Source: Minisyncoccia bacterium
GTDB taxonomy: Bacteria; Patescibacteriota; Minisyncoccia; Phycocordibacterales; UBA918
Reading direction: 5' to 3'
DNA length: 64,000 bases
NCBI GenBank assembly: GCA_041738755.1
Contig: JBGSPE010000007.1
Span: 13,079 to 77,078 of the forward strand
How positions within the stretch are numbered: the first letter of the stretch is position 1; each line of letters begins with the position of its first letter. The translations under genes were made by a program, and so were the position numbers. Below, in pieces: positions 17,877-27,131 of this stretch. The notes below the pieces were generated by a model that saw only the letters and a program-made list of their open reading frames with translations, did not search any database and was not told the DNA's origin.

Positions 17877-19553
17877 ATGGTTCGGCGAGTCTTTAATTTT
17901 ATGTACAAGGAAGTACGCGGCTTACACCAAGCTGCGTATATTCTTGCCTTATTTGCCATCGGTTCACAAATATTAGCCGTCGTGCGAGATAGGCTTTTGG
18001 CTCATATGTTCGGCGCAGGACCTGAGCTTGACCTGTACTACGCTGCGTTTCGAATCCCAGATTTGTTGTATGTGCTCTTTGCGTCTGTACTCTCAGTATA
18101 TGTACTACTTCCGTTTGTCAGTCGGTACACAGAGCAAGTTAATAGCGCAGCCGGCGCTCGTGTTATCTCGCAAGTGTTTTCACTGTTCTTGATAGTGTAC
18201 AGCCTTGTAGCGCTAGGACTTTTTATTGCTGCTCCATTTGTCGCCCCAGTACTTTTCCCCGGCTTTATGGAGCAGATGGGAGAGCTGGTGTTACTGATGA
18301 GAATACTACTGTTACAAGTATTTTTCCTCGGCCTCTCTAGTTTATGTGGAGTCGTGACACAAATCAGTCACCGCTTTGTGCTCTACGCCATTAGTCCGCT
18401 TTTATATAACATCAGTATTATTTTCGGTATTATTTTCCTCTTTCCTTGGTTTGGTTTGGTTGGATTGGTCGTTGGTGTGGTGGTCGGGGCTCTCGGACAT
18501 CTCCTTATTCAAATACCCTTTGTACTGAAGAGTGAGTATCGGTTCGGTTTCTTTTTCGCGTTTGATTGGAAATTACTCCGAGAAGTATTGTGGGTATCTA
18601 TCCCTCGAGCATTTACGCTCTCAATAAACCAAATTGTTTTACTTATTCTTATTGGAGTGGCGAGTACGATGGCGGCAGGTTCTGTCTCAGTATTTCAGTT
18701 CGCTTTTAATCTCCAGTCAGTACCATTGGCAATTGTAGGGATGAGTTATTCAGTAGCTGCGTTTCCAACCCTTTCGACGCTCTTGGCAAAAAATGATATT
18801 AAGGAATTTAATCTTCAGTTATTAACTGCACTACGACACATAATTTTTTGGTCTGTTCCTATTATCGTATTAATAATCGTGCTGCGTGCTCAGATTGTCC
18901 GAGTCTTGCTCGGTACAGGATCATTTGATTGGGCTGATACGAGACTCACAGCAGCTGCCCTGGCAGTGTTTGTCGTTTCACTTGTTGCACAATGTGCGCT
19001 CTTGCTGTTAATACGCGCTTTCTACGCTGGGGGAAGAGCATTCACACCATTGTTTGTTTCGCTTGGTACGGCCGTAGTATCAATTGCTTTGGCACTATGG
19101 CTCCGTACTCTCTATGTAGCTAATAGTGACTTTCAATTCTTTGTCACTGATCTGTTCCGTCTCGAAGGAGTACCAGGAACAGAAGTTCTCATGCTCGCAG
19201 TCGCCTTTGTGTGTGGACAGCTTCTACAACTAACGATTCTATTCATCGTTTCTGAACGTGTCTTTGGGATTAATTATCGACCATTATGGAGACTCTTCTT
19301 TCAATCATGCGCGGCTGGAATTGCTGGTGGCGTCTCGGCATATGCAGCACTTATTTTTGTGGTTGACGGTATTAATCAAAACACGTTCATCGGGATTTCT
19401 CTCCAAGGCCTCGTAGCTGGTTTGATGGGTGTGACAGCTGTTATATTAGTATATCGATTATTCAACTCTCCTGAGCTCTTTGAAATTTACCGTTCATTCC
19501 ATTCGCGAATCTTTAAAACTGATGTGATTGCACCGCAACCAGATAGCCTCTAG
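17877..19553 (+). CDS. murJ: lipid II flippase MurJ/MviN
   Basis: 14-TM protein; N-terminal …ILAVVRDRLLAHMFGAGPELDLYYAAFRIPDLLY… matches MurJ. Confidence 0.85.
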   Translation: MVRRVFNFMYKEVRGLHQAAYILALFAIGSQILAVVRDRLLAHMFGAGPELDLYYAAFRIPDLLYVLFASVLSVYVLLPFVSRYTEQVNSAAGARVISQVFSLFLIVYSLVALGLFIAAPFVAPVLFPGFMEQMGELVLLMRILLLQVFFLGLSSLCGVVTQISHRFVLYAISPLLYNISIIFGIIFLFPWFGLVGLVVGVVVGALGHLLIQIPFVLKSEYRFGFFFAFDWKLLREVLWVSIPRAFTLSINQIVLLILIGVASTMAAGSVSVFQFAFNLQSVPLAIVGMSYSVAAFPTLSTLLAKNDIKEFNLQLLTALRHIIFWSVPIIVLIIVLRAQIVRVLLGTGSFDWADTRLTAAALAVFVVSLVAQCALLLLIRAFYAGGRAFTPLFVSLGTAVVSIALALWLRTLYVANSDFQFFVTDLFRLEGVPGTEVLMLAVAFVCGQLLQLTILFIVSERVFGINYRPLWRLFFQSCAAGIAGGVSAYAALIFVVDGINQNTFIGISLQGLVAGLMGVTAVILVYRLFNSPELFEIYRSFHSRIFKTDVIAPQPDSL

Positions 19554-19590
19554 TTTTTTTCTGGTTCTAAGGTAGAGTAGTGCAACACGT

Positions 19591-21378
19591 ATGAGTAAAA
19601 ACATCAGAAATTTCAGCATTATTGCTCACATTGACCACGGAAAATCAACCTTGGCTGATCGTATGCTTGAGCTCACCAAAACCGTTGAGCAGCGAAAAAT
19701 GAAGGATCAAGTACTTGATTCGATGGATCTTGAGCGTGAACGGGGTATCACTATCAAAATGCAGCCGGTAAAAATGCGCTATGAGCACGCTGGTGAGGTG
19801 TATGAGTTTAACCTCATTGATACTCCAGGACATATCGACTTCTCATACGAAGTGTCCCGAGCGCTTAAGGCCGTCGAGGGAGTATTGCTCCTTGTCGATA
19901 GCACCCAAGGCGTGCAGGCTCAAACCCTGACTACGCTCCAGATGGCAATCGATCAATCGCTCACTATTATTCCGGTATTGACCAAAACTGATATGCCTCA
20001 CTCCCGTGTAGAAGAGGTGGGCGAGGAAGTGATGCGTCTCTTAAATTGTGAGCGCGAGAGTATCTTGCTGGTATCAGGTAAGACGGGTGAGGGTGTACCA
20101 GAACTCTTAGCTACTATTTGCGATAGAATCCCGGCTCCCGAACAAAAAGTCATTGGCGATTACCGGGGGCTCATTTTTGATTTTCAATACTCAAACCACC
20201 GAGGGATTATTGTTTTTATGAGAGTCTTTGATGGAAAGGTAAAGAAGGGTGATATGGTGAAGTTTGCGGTAAGCGGTCACCAATTCACGGTTCTTGAAGT
20301 AGGGGTGGTTACTCCGCAAGAGACACCACAGGACGAGCTATCGTCCGGACAAATTGGCTATATTGTAACGGGTATCAAAGAGCCAGGAGTTGCAACAGTA
20401 GGGGATACCCTTGTCCCAGCTCGTTCTCAAGCAGTTGCACTGGCTGGCTATCAACAAGCGCGACCTGTTGTATGGTCTTCAATTTTCCCTGAGAATCAAG
20501 ACGAGTTTACTCAGTTGCGACATTCGCTTGATAGACTTCGTCTCTCAGACTCGTCGCTATCGTTTGAAGAAGAGTCTTCTGGAGTTTTGGGCCGAGGATT
20601 TAGGTGTGGGTTTTTGGGAATGCTCCACATGGAAATTATAACCGAACGCCTCCGTCGTGAGTTCAATATCGATATTATCATCACCGCTCCGTCTATTTCC
20701 TATGAAGTGACATGGCCTGACGGTCGGATTGAGTCAGTGTATGCTGCCAACCGTTTCCCCGAACATGGTGAGAAGGTAACGGTCAGAGAACCATGGGTCT
20801 TGGGTCAAATTATTTTACCGGGAGACTATATGGGTAATATCCTTACCTTGCTCTATGAGCATGAGGGAAGTGTGATTGATACTGAGATATTTGGCGATGG
20901 ACGTACGATTTTGACAGTTGAGATTCCTTTACGGGAGCTTATGCGTGGTTTCTTTGATAAATTAAAAAATGCTAGTAGTGGATATGCTTCATTATCATAT
21001 GAAATTGCAGAGCTTCGTCCAGCTACGGTAACAAAGCTCGACGTCCTGATTGCTGAGGAGGAGGTGCCAGCCTTTTCTCGAGTGGTGGGTATGATGCGGG
21101 CTGAGACTGATGCGCGCGCCATTGTCGATAAGTTGTATGCAGCACTCCCACGACAACAGTTTGTGACTAAAATTCAAGCCAAAGTTATGGGCAAAATTAT
21201 CGCTACCAAAAAACTCTCAGCGGTTGGGAAAGATGTAACTGCACACTTGTACGGAGGGGATATTACGAGAAAGATGAAGCTCCGGGAGAAACAAAAGAAA
21301 GGGAAAGCGAAGGCACTCGAGCGTGGTAAGGTTCATATTTCTCAAGATGTCTTTATGAAAATGATGAAGAGTGATTAA
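19591..21378 (+). CDS. lepA: elongation factor 4 (LepA)
   Basis: IRNFSIIAHIDHGKSTLADR G-domain; 595 aa with LepA-type C-terminal domain. Confidence 0.9.
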   Translation: MSKNIRNFSIIAHIDHGKSTLADRMLELTKTVEQRKMKDQVLDSMDLERERGITIKMQPVKMRYEHAGEVYEFNLIDTPGHIDFSYEVSRALKAVEGVLLLVDSTQGVQAQTLTTLQMAIDQSLTIIPVLTKTDMPHSRVEEVGEEVMRLLNCERESILLVSGKTGEGVPELLATICDRIPAPEQKVIGDYRGLIFDFQYSNHRGIIVFMRVFDGKVKKGDMVKFAVSGHQFTVLEVGVVTPQETPQDELSSGQIGYIVTGIKEPGVATVGDTLVPARSQAVALAGYQQARPVVWSSIFPENQDEFTQLRHSLDRLRLSDSSLSFEEESSGVLGRGFRCGFLGMLHMEIITERLRREFNIDIIITAPSISYEVTWPDGRIESVYAANRFPEHGEKVTVREPWVLGQIILPGDYMGNILTLLYEHEGSVIDTEIFGDGRTILTVEIPLRELMRGFFDKLKNASSGYASLSYEIAELRPATVTKLDVLIAEEEVPAFSRVVGMMRAETDARAIVDKLYAALPRQQFVTKIQAKVMGKIIATKKLSAVGKDVTAHLYGGDITRKMKLREKQKKGKAKALERGKVHISQDVFMKMMKSD

Positions 21379-21390
21379 GTACCAAAATAA

Positions 21391-21426
21391 TGTAAAAGGC
21401 GGTTCGCATGCGAACCGTCTTTTACA
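21391..21426. terminator. bidirectional hairpin terminator
   Basis: gtaaaaggcggttcgc at gcgaaccgtcttttac. Confidence 0.65.
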
Positions 21427-21442
21427 TAGTAACCATACTCTT

Positions 21443-21565
21443 TATAGGGGCACTCCAGAGCCTCCAGAATAGGCAAATACCATACTGATAACAATTAAGA
21501 TAGCCAAGACTGCCCAGACCCATTTAATAGCTTTTTTGGTTCGTTGATCAAATAAGAAACTCATG
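21443..21565 (-). CDS. possible 40-aa single-TM micro-protein
   Basis: Minus-strand ORF MSFLFDQRTKKAIKWVWAVLAILIVISMVFAYSGGSGVPL between lepA and ftsB-like, ends at the terminator; below the 60-aa ORF-track cutoff. Confidence 0.3.
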
Positions 21566-21618
21566 ACTGCTATTCTACCGTATAGGGAAGAATAGTAAAA
21601 TAGGGGTATAATTACAGC

Positions 21619-21990
21619 GTGTTAGATTTTCATCAAAAACGAAAACTCCGAGTTCTCGCCAGTTCACGTCTGGTGCAGCTATTATTCCTGGTGATAGTGA
21701 TTGGGGTGCTTTTTAGCGCCTTTACTCGTTACCAAATGGCCGCAGAGATGGCAGAACGTCGTGAGCTAGAGGAAGCGACGGTGGAAACGCTTCAAAAGCG
21801 AAAAGATGATTTAGAGAAACAGGTGCAGTATTTGTCAGATGAGCGGGGAATTGAAGCTGAAATGCGCCGGCAATTTGATGTGGCGCTTGAAGGTGAGCAA
21901 GTGGTAGTGATTGTTGATCCACCTGAACCAGAGTCTTCGGAACAAATTGTGCCAGAGGAAGAACCAGCTTGGTATGAGTTCTGGCGTTAG
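21619..21990 (+). CDS. septum formation initiator, FtsB/DivIC family
   Basis: N-terminal TM helix, coiled coil (…EEATVETLQKRKDDLEKQVQYLSDERGIEAEMR…), acidic C-terminus. Confidence 0.7.
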   Translation: MLDFHQKRKLRVLASSRLVQLLFLVIVIGVLFSAFTRYQMAAEMAERRELEEATVETLQKRKDDLEKQVQYLSDERGIEAEMRRQFDVALEGEQVVVIVDPPEPESSEQIVPEEEPAWYEFWR

Positions 21991-22033
21991 TCAAAAAGTG
22001 TTATACTATCTTGGTTAATATTAAAGTCAACGT

Positions 22034-22270
22034 ATGGATACAGTAGTTACAATTTATAGTACCCCAGTGTGTCATTTTTGCCATGCTGCAAAGGAATTTT
22101 TTAAGGAAAATAATGTTGCGTACACAGAGTATGATGTTGCGTCTGATGCAGCAAAACGAACTGAGATGATTGATATGACAGGGCAAATGGGCGTACCTGT
22201 AATTCAAATCGGTGATGATGTGATTATTGGTTTTGATGAGCCAAAGATTAAAGAACTTCTCAAGCTGTAA
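22034..22270 (+). CDS. glutaredoxin-like / NrdH-type redoxin
   Basis: 78 aa, CHFC active site near the N-terminus, GVPVIQIGDDVIIGFD thioredoxin-fold motif. Confidence 0.8.
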   Translation: MDTVVTIYSTPVCHFCHAAKEFFKENNVAYTEYDVASDAAKRTEMIDMTGQMGVPVIQIGDDVIIGFDEPKIKELLKL

Positions 22271-22289
22271 GGTAAAACCAGACAAACAA

Positions 22290-22313
22290 AAACGCCCTTC
22301 GGGGCGCTTTTGT
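22290..22313 (+). terminator. rho-independent terminator
   Basis: aaacgccc ttcg gggcgcttttgtt. Confidence 0.7.
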
Positions 22314-22409
22314 TATTGTGCCCTTGGCAGGAATCCCCTCCGGGCCTGGATAATTGTCATAAATATCAAATCACCCTTCGATTCCTGACAGAAGTAAAAC
22401 TATTTACTT

Positions 22410-22454
22410 CTGCCAGAGGCACATTTAAAAATCTTTTAAATGTGCCTCTGGCAG
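22410..22454. repeat. perfect 17-bp inverted repeat whose right arm is the 3' end of tRNA-Arg
   Basis: ctgccagaggcacattt (22410-22426), loop aaaaatctttt, aaatgtgcctctggcag (22438-22454); the right arm covers the tRNA acceptor 3' strand plus trailer. Confidence 0.9.
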
Positions 22455-22514
22455 GAATCGAACCCACATCTCCCCCTTAGGACGGGGTAGCTCTATCCAT
22501 TGAGCTACAAAGGC
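22443..22514 (-). tRNA. tRNA-Arg (anticodon CCT)
   Basis: Reverse complement folds: acceptor GCCTTTG/CAGAGGC, D-arm GCTC AATGGATA GAGC, anticodon loop GTCCTAA, T-arm GTGGG TTCGATT CCTGC, discriminator A; A27·G43 mismatch noted. Confidence 0.75.
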
Positions 22515-22579
22515 TTCTGTGGCCTCTAGGGTAGCATAAATCAAGCAAAGGTGGCAGATGGTTTGGTATACTACCCAAT

Positions 22580-22825
22580 ATGGATTCAAATCACCAAGAC
22601 CACGACACAATCGAAAAGTTGATGGTAGAGAACCAAAGGCTTCTGGCTGAGAATAATCTTATTCTTAAAAAACTCCAACGGGGCGCAACGTGGGGCTTCT
22701 GGTTTCGTATTGTATGGATAGCTGTACTCCTTGGGCTTCCATTTGTCACCTACTTCTACTTCGTGGCTCCGTACACTGATAATCTCGAATCAATTATCCG
22801 CTATTTGGCACCACTCGTTATCTAG
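22580..22825 (+). CDS. small membrane protein with an N-terminal coiled-coil segment (hypothetical)
   Basis: 81 aa; helical N-terminus, C-terminal TM helices. Confidence 0.5.
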   Translation: MDSNHQDHDTIEKLMVENQRLLAENNLILKKLQRGATWGFWFRIVWIAVLLGLPFVTYFYFVAPYTDNLESIIRYLAPLVI

Positions 22826-22893
22826 TTCCCCATGATTGAAATAATTGTGAAAACAGGTACAATAGCCGGCACTGATTCACATATTCAGTCCTT

Positions 22894-22966
22894 GCTTGGG
22901 TAGCTCAGTTGGTAGAGCACTCCCCTGAAGAGGGAGGGGTCAGCAGTTCGAGCCTGCTCCCAAGCA
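22894..22966 (+). tRNA. tRNA-Phe (anticodon GAA)
   Basis: Acceptor GCTTGGG/CCCAAGC, D-arm GCTC AGTTGGTA GAGC, anticodon stem CTCCC/GGGAG with loop CTGAAGA, T-arm AGCAG TTCGAGC CTGCT, discriminator A. Confidence 0.9.
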
Positions 22967-22974
22967 CAAAACAA

Positions 22975-23006
22975 AAAATTGCCACAATTCTGTGGCAATT
23001 TTTTGT
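22975..23006. terminator. bidirectional terminator (tRNA-Phe on + and hsp20 on -)
   Basis: aattgccaca attc tgtggcaatt flanked by A- and T-tracts. Confidence 0.75.
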
Positions 23007-23522
23007 TTACTTATGACCTGCGTTACTTCTGACCTTAAGTTGTGTTGTGCGGTGTTTGTCGAGCTTGGGAAGTTTGATTTCAAGCATGCCGTGTTTTTCT
23101 TGTGCCTCGGCTTCGTCAATCGCAACTTCTTCTGGTAAGACGAGTGTTCTTGAGAAACCACCCCAGAATAATTCTCGATGGAAGTATCCATCGTCATGGA
23201 CTTCTTGAAATTCTTCTCGCACACCACGGATGGTGACCATGTCGCGGGTGATAGAGATTTCAAGGTCAGTTGGACTTACCCCAGCGACAAGGGCTCGAAT
23301 CACAATACTCTCATCAGTTTGGTACATATCGACAGGTAGTTCACCGTCTTGCGTACTGCCCGTTGATTCTTGGTCATCCCAAGCATCATCTTCTTGATAA
23401 CTGTCTTCAACAGCAAGGTTATCTTCTTCACCAAATTCATGATTTTCATCAAGGATTCGGTCGTAGTCGCGATCTTGTTGATTGCCACCAGTGAGTCGGT
23501 CTAGAAATGAGGGTTTTTTCAT
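23007..23522 (-). CDS. Hsp20/alpha-crystallin small heat-shock protein with a long acidic N-terminal extension
   Basis: C-terminal alpha-crystallin domain (…PVDMYQTDESIVIRALVAGVSP…GYFHRELFWGGFSRTLVLPEEV…LEIKLPK); first ~60 residues D/E-rich. Confidence 0.85.
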   Translation of the reverse strand: MKKPSFLDRLTGGNQQDRDYDRILDENHEFGEEDNLAVEDSYQEDDAWDDQESTGSTQDGELPVDMYQTDESIVIRALVAGVSPTDLEISITRDMVTIRGVREEFQEVHDDGYFHRELFWGGFSRTLVLPEEVAIDEAEAQEKHGMLEIKLPKLDKHRTTQLKVRSNAGHK

Positions 23523-23528
23523 AATTGT

Positions 23529-24227
23529 TTAACAGGTGTTGGGATTATGGGCACATTCAAGTTGTTTAATTTTTTCGAAGAGAAGAAATAAAATTATAAC
23601 TCCCATCCATACAAAGAGAAAGACGCCTAGAATGGTTTCTCCGCTTGCATCCATTATAAAAAAGTTAAATAGGGCATGCAACACAACAGCCATGAACAAC
23701 CCAATTGTACCAGCAATAACCTGGGTAATTTTTGAGCGGTAATAGGTTAGAGCAAGGAAGACACCGATGGTACCTGAAGCTAGTACATGGAGAAGGGTAG
23801 CGCCCAAGAAGCGGAAACTACCGGTGAGAGCGGAGTTGAGATAGTCACCTGCCACAAGAGGATTAAAGATAAATAATGAGTTTTCGAGAGCCGCAAACCC
23901 GAGCGCAATCATAATCATGTAGATCACCATATCAATCGGCTCATCGACTTCTTTGTTCCACATCACAATTGCCAGAGCGGCAGCGTACTTGAGTAATTCT
24001 TCAATAATTACCCACACCAGGATGACATTAGCTCCGACATATAAATCAATGGCCAGTTTTTGCAACGGTAGGGCCATCGGCACAACTGCCATCCCAGCGA
24101 TAAAGCTGATGGCCAAAAGAATGTATGGTTCTGGTTGGCGATTATCTTCTCGTAGCCAAAACCATACCCAAAATAACGCCGGTATGAGTCCCGCTAAAAA
24201 AGCAATCGCAAAATATGTCGATTCCAT
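23529..24227 (-). CDS. PrsW-family intramembrane metalloprotease
   Basis: Polytopic membrane protein with EELLKY, ALENSLF and HALFNF motifs (PrsW E-E-x-x-K / F-x-x-x-E / H-x-x-x-N pattern). Confidence 0.75.
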   Translation of the reverse strand: MESTYFAIAFLAGLIPALFWVWFWLREDNRQPEPYILLAISFIAGMAVVPMALPLQKLAIDLYVGANVILVWVIIEELLKYAAALAIVMWNKEVDEPIDMVIYMIMIALGFAALENSLFIFNPLVAGDYLNSALTGSFRFLGATLLHVLASGTIGVFLALTYYRSKITQVIAGTIGLFMAVVLHALFNFFIMDASGETILGVFLFVWMGVIILFLLFEKIKQLECAHNPNTC

Positions 24228-24244
24228 TTATCACTATTGTAGCA

Positions 24245-24277
24245 AAAGCCGGCCGGAGCTTTGCTCCGGCCGGCTTT
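24245..24277. terminator. hairpin terminator between valS and prsW
   Basis: aaagccggccggagc tttg ctccggccggcttt. Confidence 0.7.
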
Positions 24278-24289
24278 ATAAAGGGGATA

Positions 24290-26503
24290 CTATGACGAAG
24301 GCCACTTTGCTACTAGTAACATCTCAGAATCTTTCATTTCCTTTGGTAGTTCTTGCCAGATGGCTTCCGTCACGTACGGCATAAATGGATGGAGCAGTTT
24401 GAGGGAAGTAGTGAGACATTCAATCAATACCTTCTGGCGCGCTTGCTTTGCTGCCATATCTTCTCCAGCCAGAATTGGCTTTGATTCTTCAAGTACCACG
24501 TCTGCTAATTCGCCCCAAATATAGTGATACGCTTTTTCACCGGCTAGATAGAGATTAAATTTTTCAATTTCGGCTGATACCTCCGCCACTGTAGTCTTGA
24601 GTGTCGCTAAGATTTCTTCATCTCGACTACTCAAAGTAACAGGTAATGTAGTGTCTGTATCAATTGTGTGAGTGAGTACGAAACGACTTATGTTCCAAAC
24701 TTTATTCGCAAAATTCTTATACCCCTTCACCTTACTCTCAGATAACGGCATATCATTACCGGGAGCAGCACCGATAACTAAAGACAGACGAGTCGCATCA
24801 GCTCCAAACTTTTCAATCATCGTGAGTGGATCAATTACGTTTCCAAGTGATTTACTCATCTTCTTGCCTTTCTCGTCACGTACGAGACCGTGAAGATAGA
24901 CGTTTTTAAAGGGAACCTGACCGACCAGGTACGTACTCATAAGTATCATGCGGGCCACCCAGAAAAAAAGAATGTCATAACCAGTTTCAAGAACAGTGGT
25001 GGGGTGATAGGTCTTAAGATCTTTTGTTTGCTCTGGCCAACCCAGAGTTGACATGGTCCATAGGCCTGAAGAAAACCAGGTGTCGAGGGTGTCAGGATCT
25101 TGTTTCCAACCCTCGCCAGGGGAGGTAGTCTGTACTTTCACTTCACCATCCTTAAACCAAGCAGGAATTTGGTGTCCGTACCAGATTTGTCTTGAAATAC
25201 ACCAATCATGCAGATTATTTATCCAGTTATAGTACACGCGCTCAAAGCGCTCAGGTAAAATAGATACGCCGTTATTTTCAACTGACTTAATCATCAAAGT
25301 CTTCAGTGTCACCGTATCACCTTGGTTCACTCCAGGAATCTCAGATGGTCCCATTGTAAACTCTTTATTTACATCGATAAACCACTGCTCTTTGATTTGT
25401 GGTTCAATTGTGCCACCGCCACGCGAGTTCGTGGCTACCTTGTTTACGTTTGTTTCATCGATTTTTTCAATCAAACCCTTCTCTTGCATTTTCAGTATAA
25501 TTTCTGCCCGGGCTTTCTTGATGTGTTGTCCGGCAAATTCTCCAGCAATTGGAAGTAAAATACCTCGCTCATCAATGATTTGTTCACGCTCAAGTCCATG
25601 ACGCTCAGCAATTTCAAAGTCAACCTGTGAGTGCCAAGGGGTAATGGTCATGACGCCAGTACCCATCTCCGGGTCAGCCGCTTCGTCTTTGATGACGGTC
25701 GCAGTAATAGGTCCATTTATCCATTCCACTTCAATTTGTTGTCCGTGTTCGTATTGGGCGTAGCGCTTGTCTTCTGGGTGCATCACGACGTACTTGTCAC
25801 CAAATTTTGTCTCTGGTCGAACTGTACCAATCGTAAAAGGTCCGTACTTGAAGTAATAGAAGGGGGAGTTGGTTTCGACGTATTCCATCTCATCATCGGA
25901 TACTGTCGTCTGCATCGCTGGGTCCCAATTTACACTGCGCGCTCCACGATAGATAAGTCCGTCTGCATACATTTTAATAAATGCTTCCATTACAGCTTTG
26001 TAGCGTGGTTGGTCTAGTGTAAAAGCATAGCGACTCCAGTCCATTGAGGCACCCATCTTCTTGGTCTGGTTGATGATTGTGTTTTTACTGTCTTCTGCAA
26101 ACGCATCAATTCGCTTAAGTAATTCCTCACGACCGATTTCATCACGACGCTTCTTTTCCTGCTTGTAGATAATTCCTTCCACTTTTGATTGAGTAGCCAG
26201 TGCGGCTGAGTCAGTGCCGGGAATCCAGAGGGTACGTTTACCAAGCATGCGGTTATACCGGACCAAAATATCTTCAATCGCGAGCATGGCGGCGTGCCCC
26301 ATATGGAGGGTACCTGTGACGTTTGGGGGAGGTAGGACGATAGAGAATGGTTCTGCGTCAGGGGTAGCTACTCCTTTCTCAACACAGACGTCAGGATTAA
26401 AAAAGCCACTATTTTCCCACATGGCATACAAATCATCTTCGTGCTGTGCCGGATCATAAGGTTTAAGAAATACCTCGGGGATATTTGGTTGCTTATCATT
26501 CAT
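24290..26503 (-). CDS. valS: valine--tRNA ligase, compact form lacking the C-terminal coiled-coil
   Basis: PPPNVTGTLHMGHA (HIGH region typical of ValRS), CP1 editing motif TVRPETKFGD, KMSKS; internal ATG (MNDKQPN) chosen over the longer listed ORF. Confidence 0.85.
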   Translation of the reverse strand: MNDKQPNIPEVFLKPYDPAQHEDDLYAMWENSGFFNPDVCVEKGVATPDAEPFSIVLPPPNVTGTLHMGHAAMLAIEDILVRYNRMLGKRTLWIPGTDSAALATQSKVEGIIYKQEKKRRDEIGREELLKRIDAFAEDSKNTIINQTKKMGASMDWSRYAFTLDQPRYKAVMEAFIKMYADGLIYRGARSVNWDPAMQTTVSDDEMEYVETNSPFYYFKYGPFTIGTVRPETKFGDKYVVMHPEDKRYAQYEHGQQIEVEWINGPITATVIKDEAADPEMGTGVMTITPWHSQVDFEIAERHGLEREQIIDERGILLPIAGEFAGQHIKKARAEIILKMQEKGLIEKIDETNVNKVATNSRGGGTIEPQIKEQWFIDVNKEFTMGPSEIPGVNQGDTVTLKTLMIKSVENNGVSILPERFERVYYNWINNLHDWCISRQIWYGHQIPAWFKDGEVKVQTTSPGEGWKQDPDTLDTWFSSGLWTMSTLGWPEQTKDLKTYHPTTVLETGYDILFFWVARMILMSTYLVGQVPFKNVYLHGLVRDEKGKKMSKSLGNVIDPLTMIEKFGADATRLSLVIGAAPGNDMPLSESKVKGYKNFANKVWNISRFVLTHTIDTDTTLPVTLSSRDEEILATLKTTVAEVSAEIEKFNLYLAGEKAYHYIWGELADVVLEESKPILAGEDMAAKQARQKVLIECLTTSLKLLHPFMPYVTEAIWQELPKEMKDSEMLLVAKWPSS

Positions 26504-26593
26504 AGATAAATTCGATAGTAGCACGAAAAAAGCCTTATAAAAAGGCATAGTAGAGATTATCATTTGAAAGACAGTAACATCAGATAAAAGAAA

Positions 26594-26619
26594 AAGCGGG
26601 GGATAGTTCCCCCGCTTTG
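26594..26619 (-). terminator. hairpin terminator after the Fis-type HTH gene
   Basis: aaagcggggg atagtt cccccgcttt. Confidence 0.6.
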
Positions 26620-26639
26620 TAAACACCTCATGGACTTAT

Positions 26640-27086
26640 TTAAGCCGCAATTCTCAACATGTTAAGTATCTGAAGTTCCTCTGCCTCTCTGGCTAGTTTA
26701 GCCAAGTACAATCTTCTTTCGGCTGACAAGAAATATAGGCCGTGATAGGCCATTTTTTTCTTGAGAGTCATTTCGTCAATCTGAAGCATGTCGCACAGCT
26801 CACTGGTATCCGAGGTGATCTGAAGAGAAGTTCTTATATTCTCCCTTTCTTCATGTTTTGCTTGCCTTGCTGATACTCTTAACTCGTTGACGTAGTCCCG
26901 CAGATCATACTGGTCTAGTTTTTGATACAGGGTTGAACGGCCAATGCCAAGTAGCCTGGCTGCTTTTGACCAGTTCATGGTCAACTCAAGAGCTTTCATG
27001 ATGTGAAGTTTTTCAGCCTCGTCTAAGCGAGTAAAAGAACCGTCGGGGTTGATAAAAGCTATCGAATCAGACAATTTATCAGGCAT
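26640..27086 (-). CDS. small Fis-type (HTH_8) DNA-binding protein
   Basis: ALELTMNWSKAARLLGIGRSTLYQKLDQY matches the Fis/NtrC C-terminal HTH; 148 aa standalone. Confidence 0.6.
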   Translation of the reverse strand: MPDKLSDSIAFINPDGSFTRLDEAEKLHIMKALELTMNWSKAARLLGIGRSTLYQKLDQYDLRDYVNELRVSARQAKHEERENIRTSLQITSDTSELCDMLQIDEMTLKKKMAYHGLYFLSAERRLYLAKLAREAEELQILNMLRIAA

Positions 27087-27131
27087 GTAACCTCCGTTTA
27101 AAGCGACCAGGAGAATAACACAGATTTTTGA

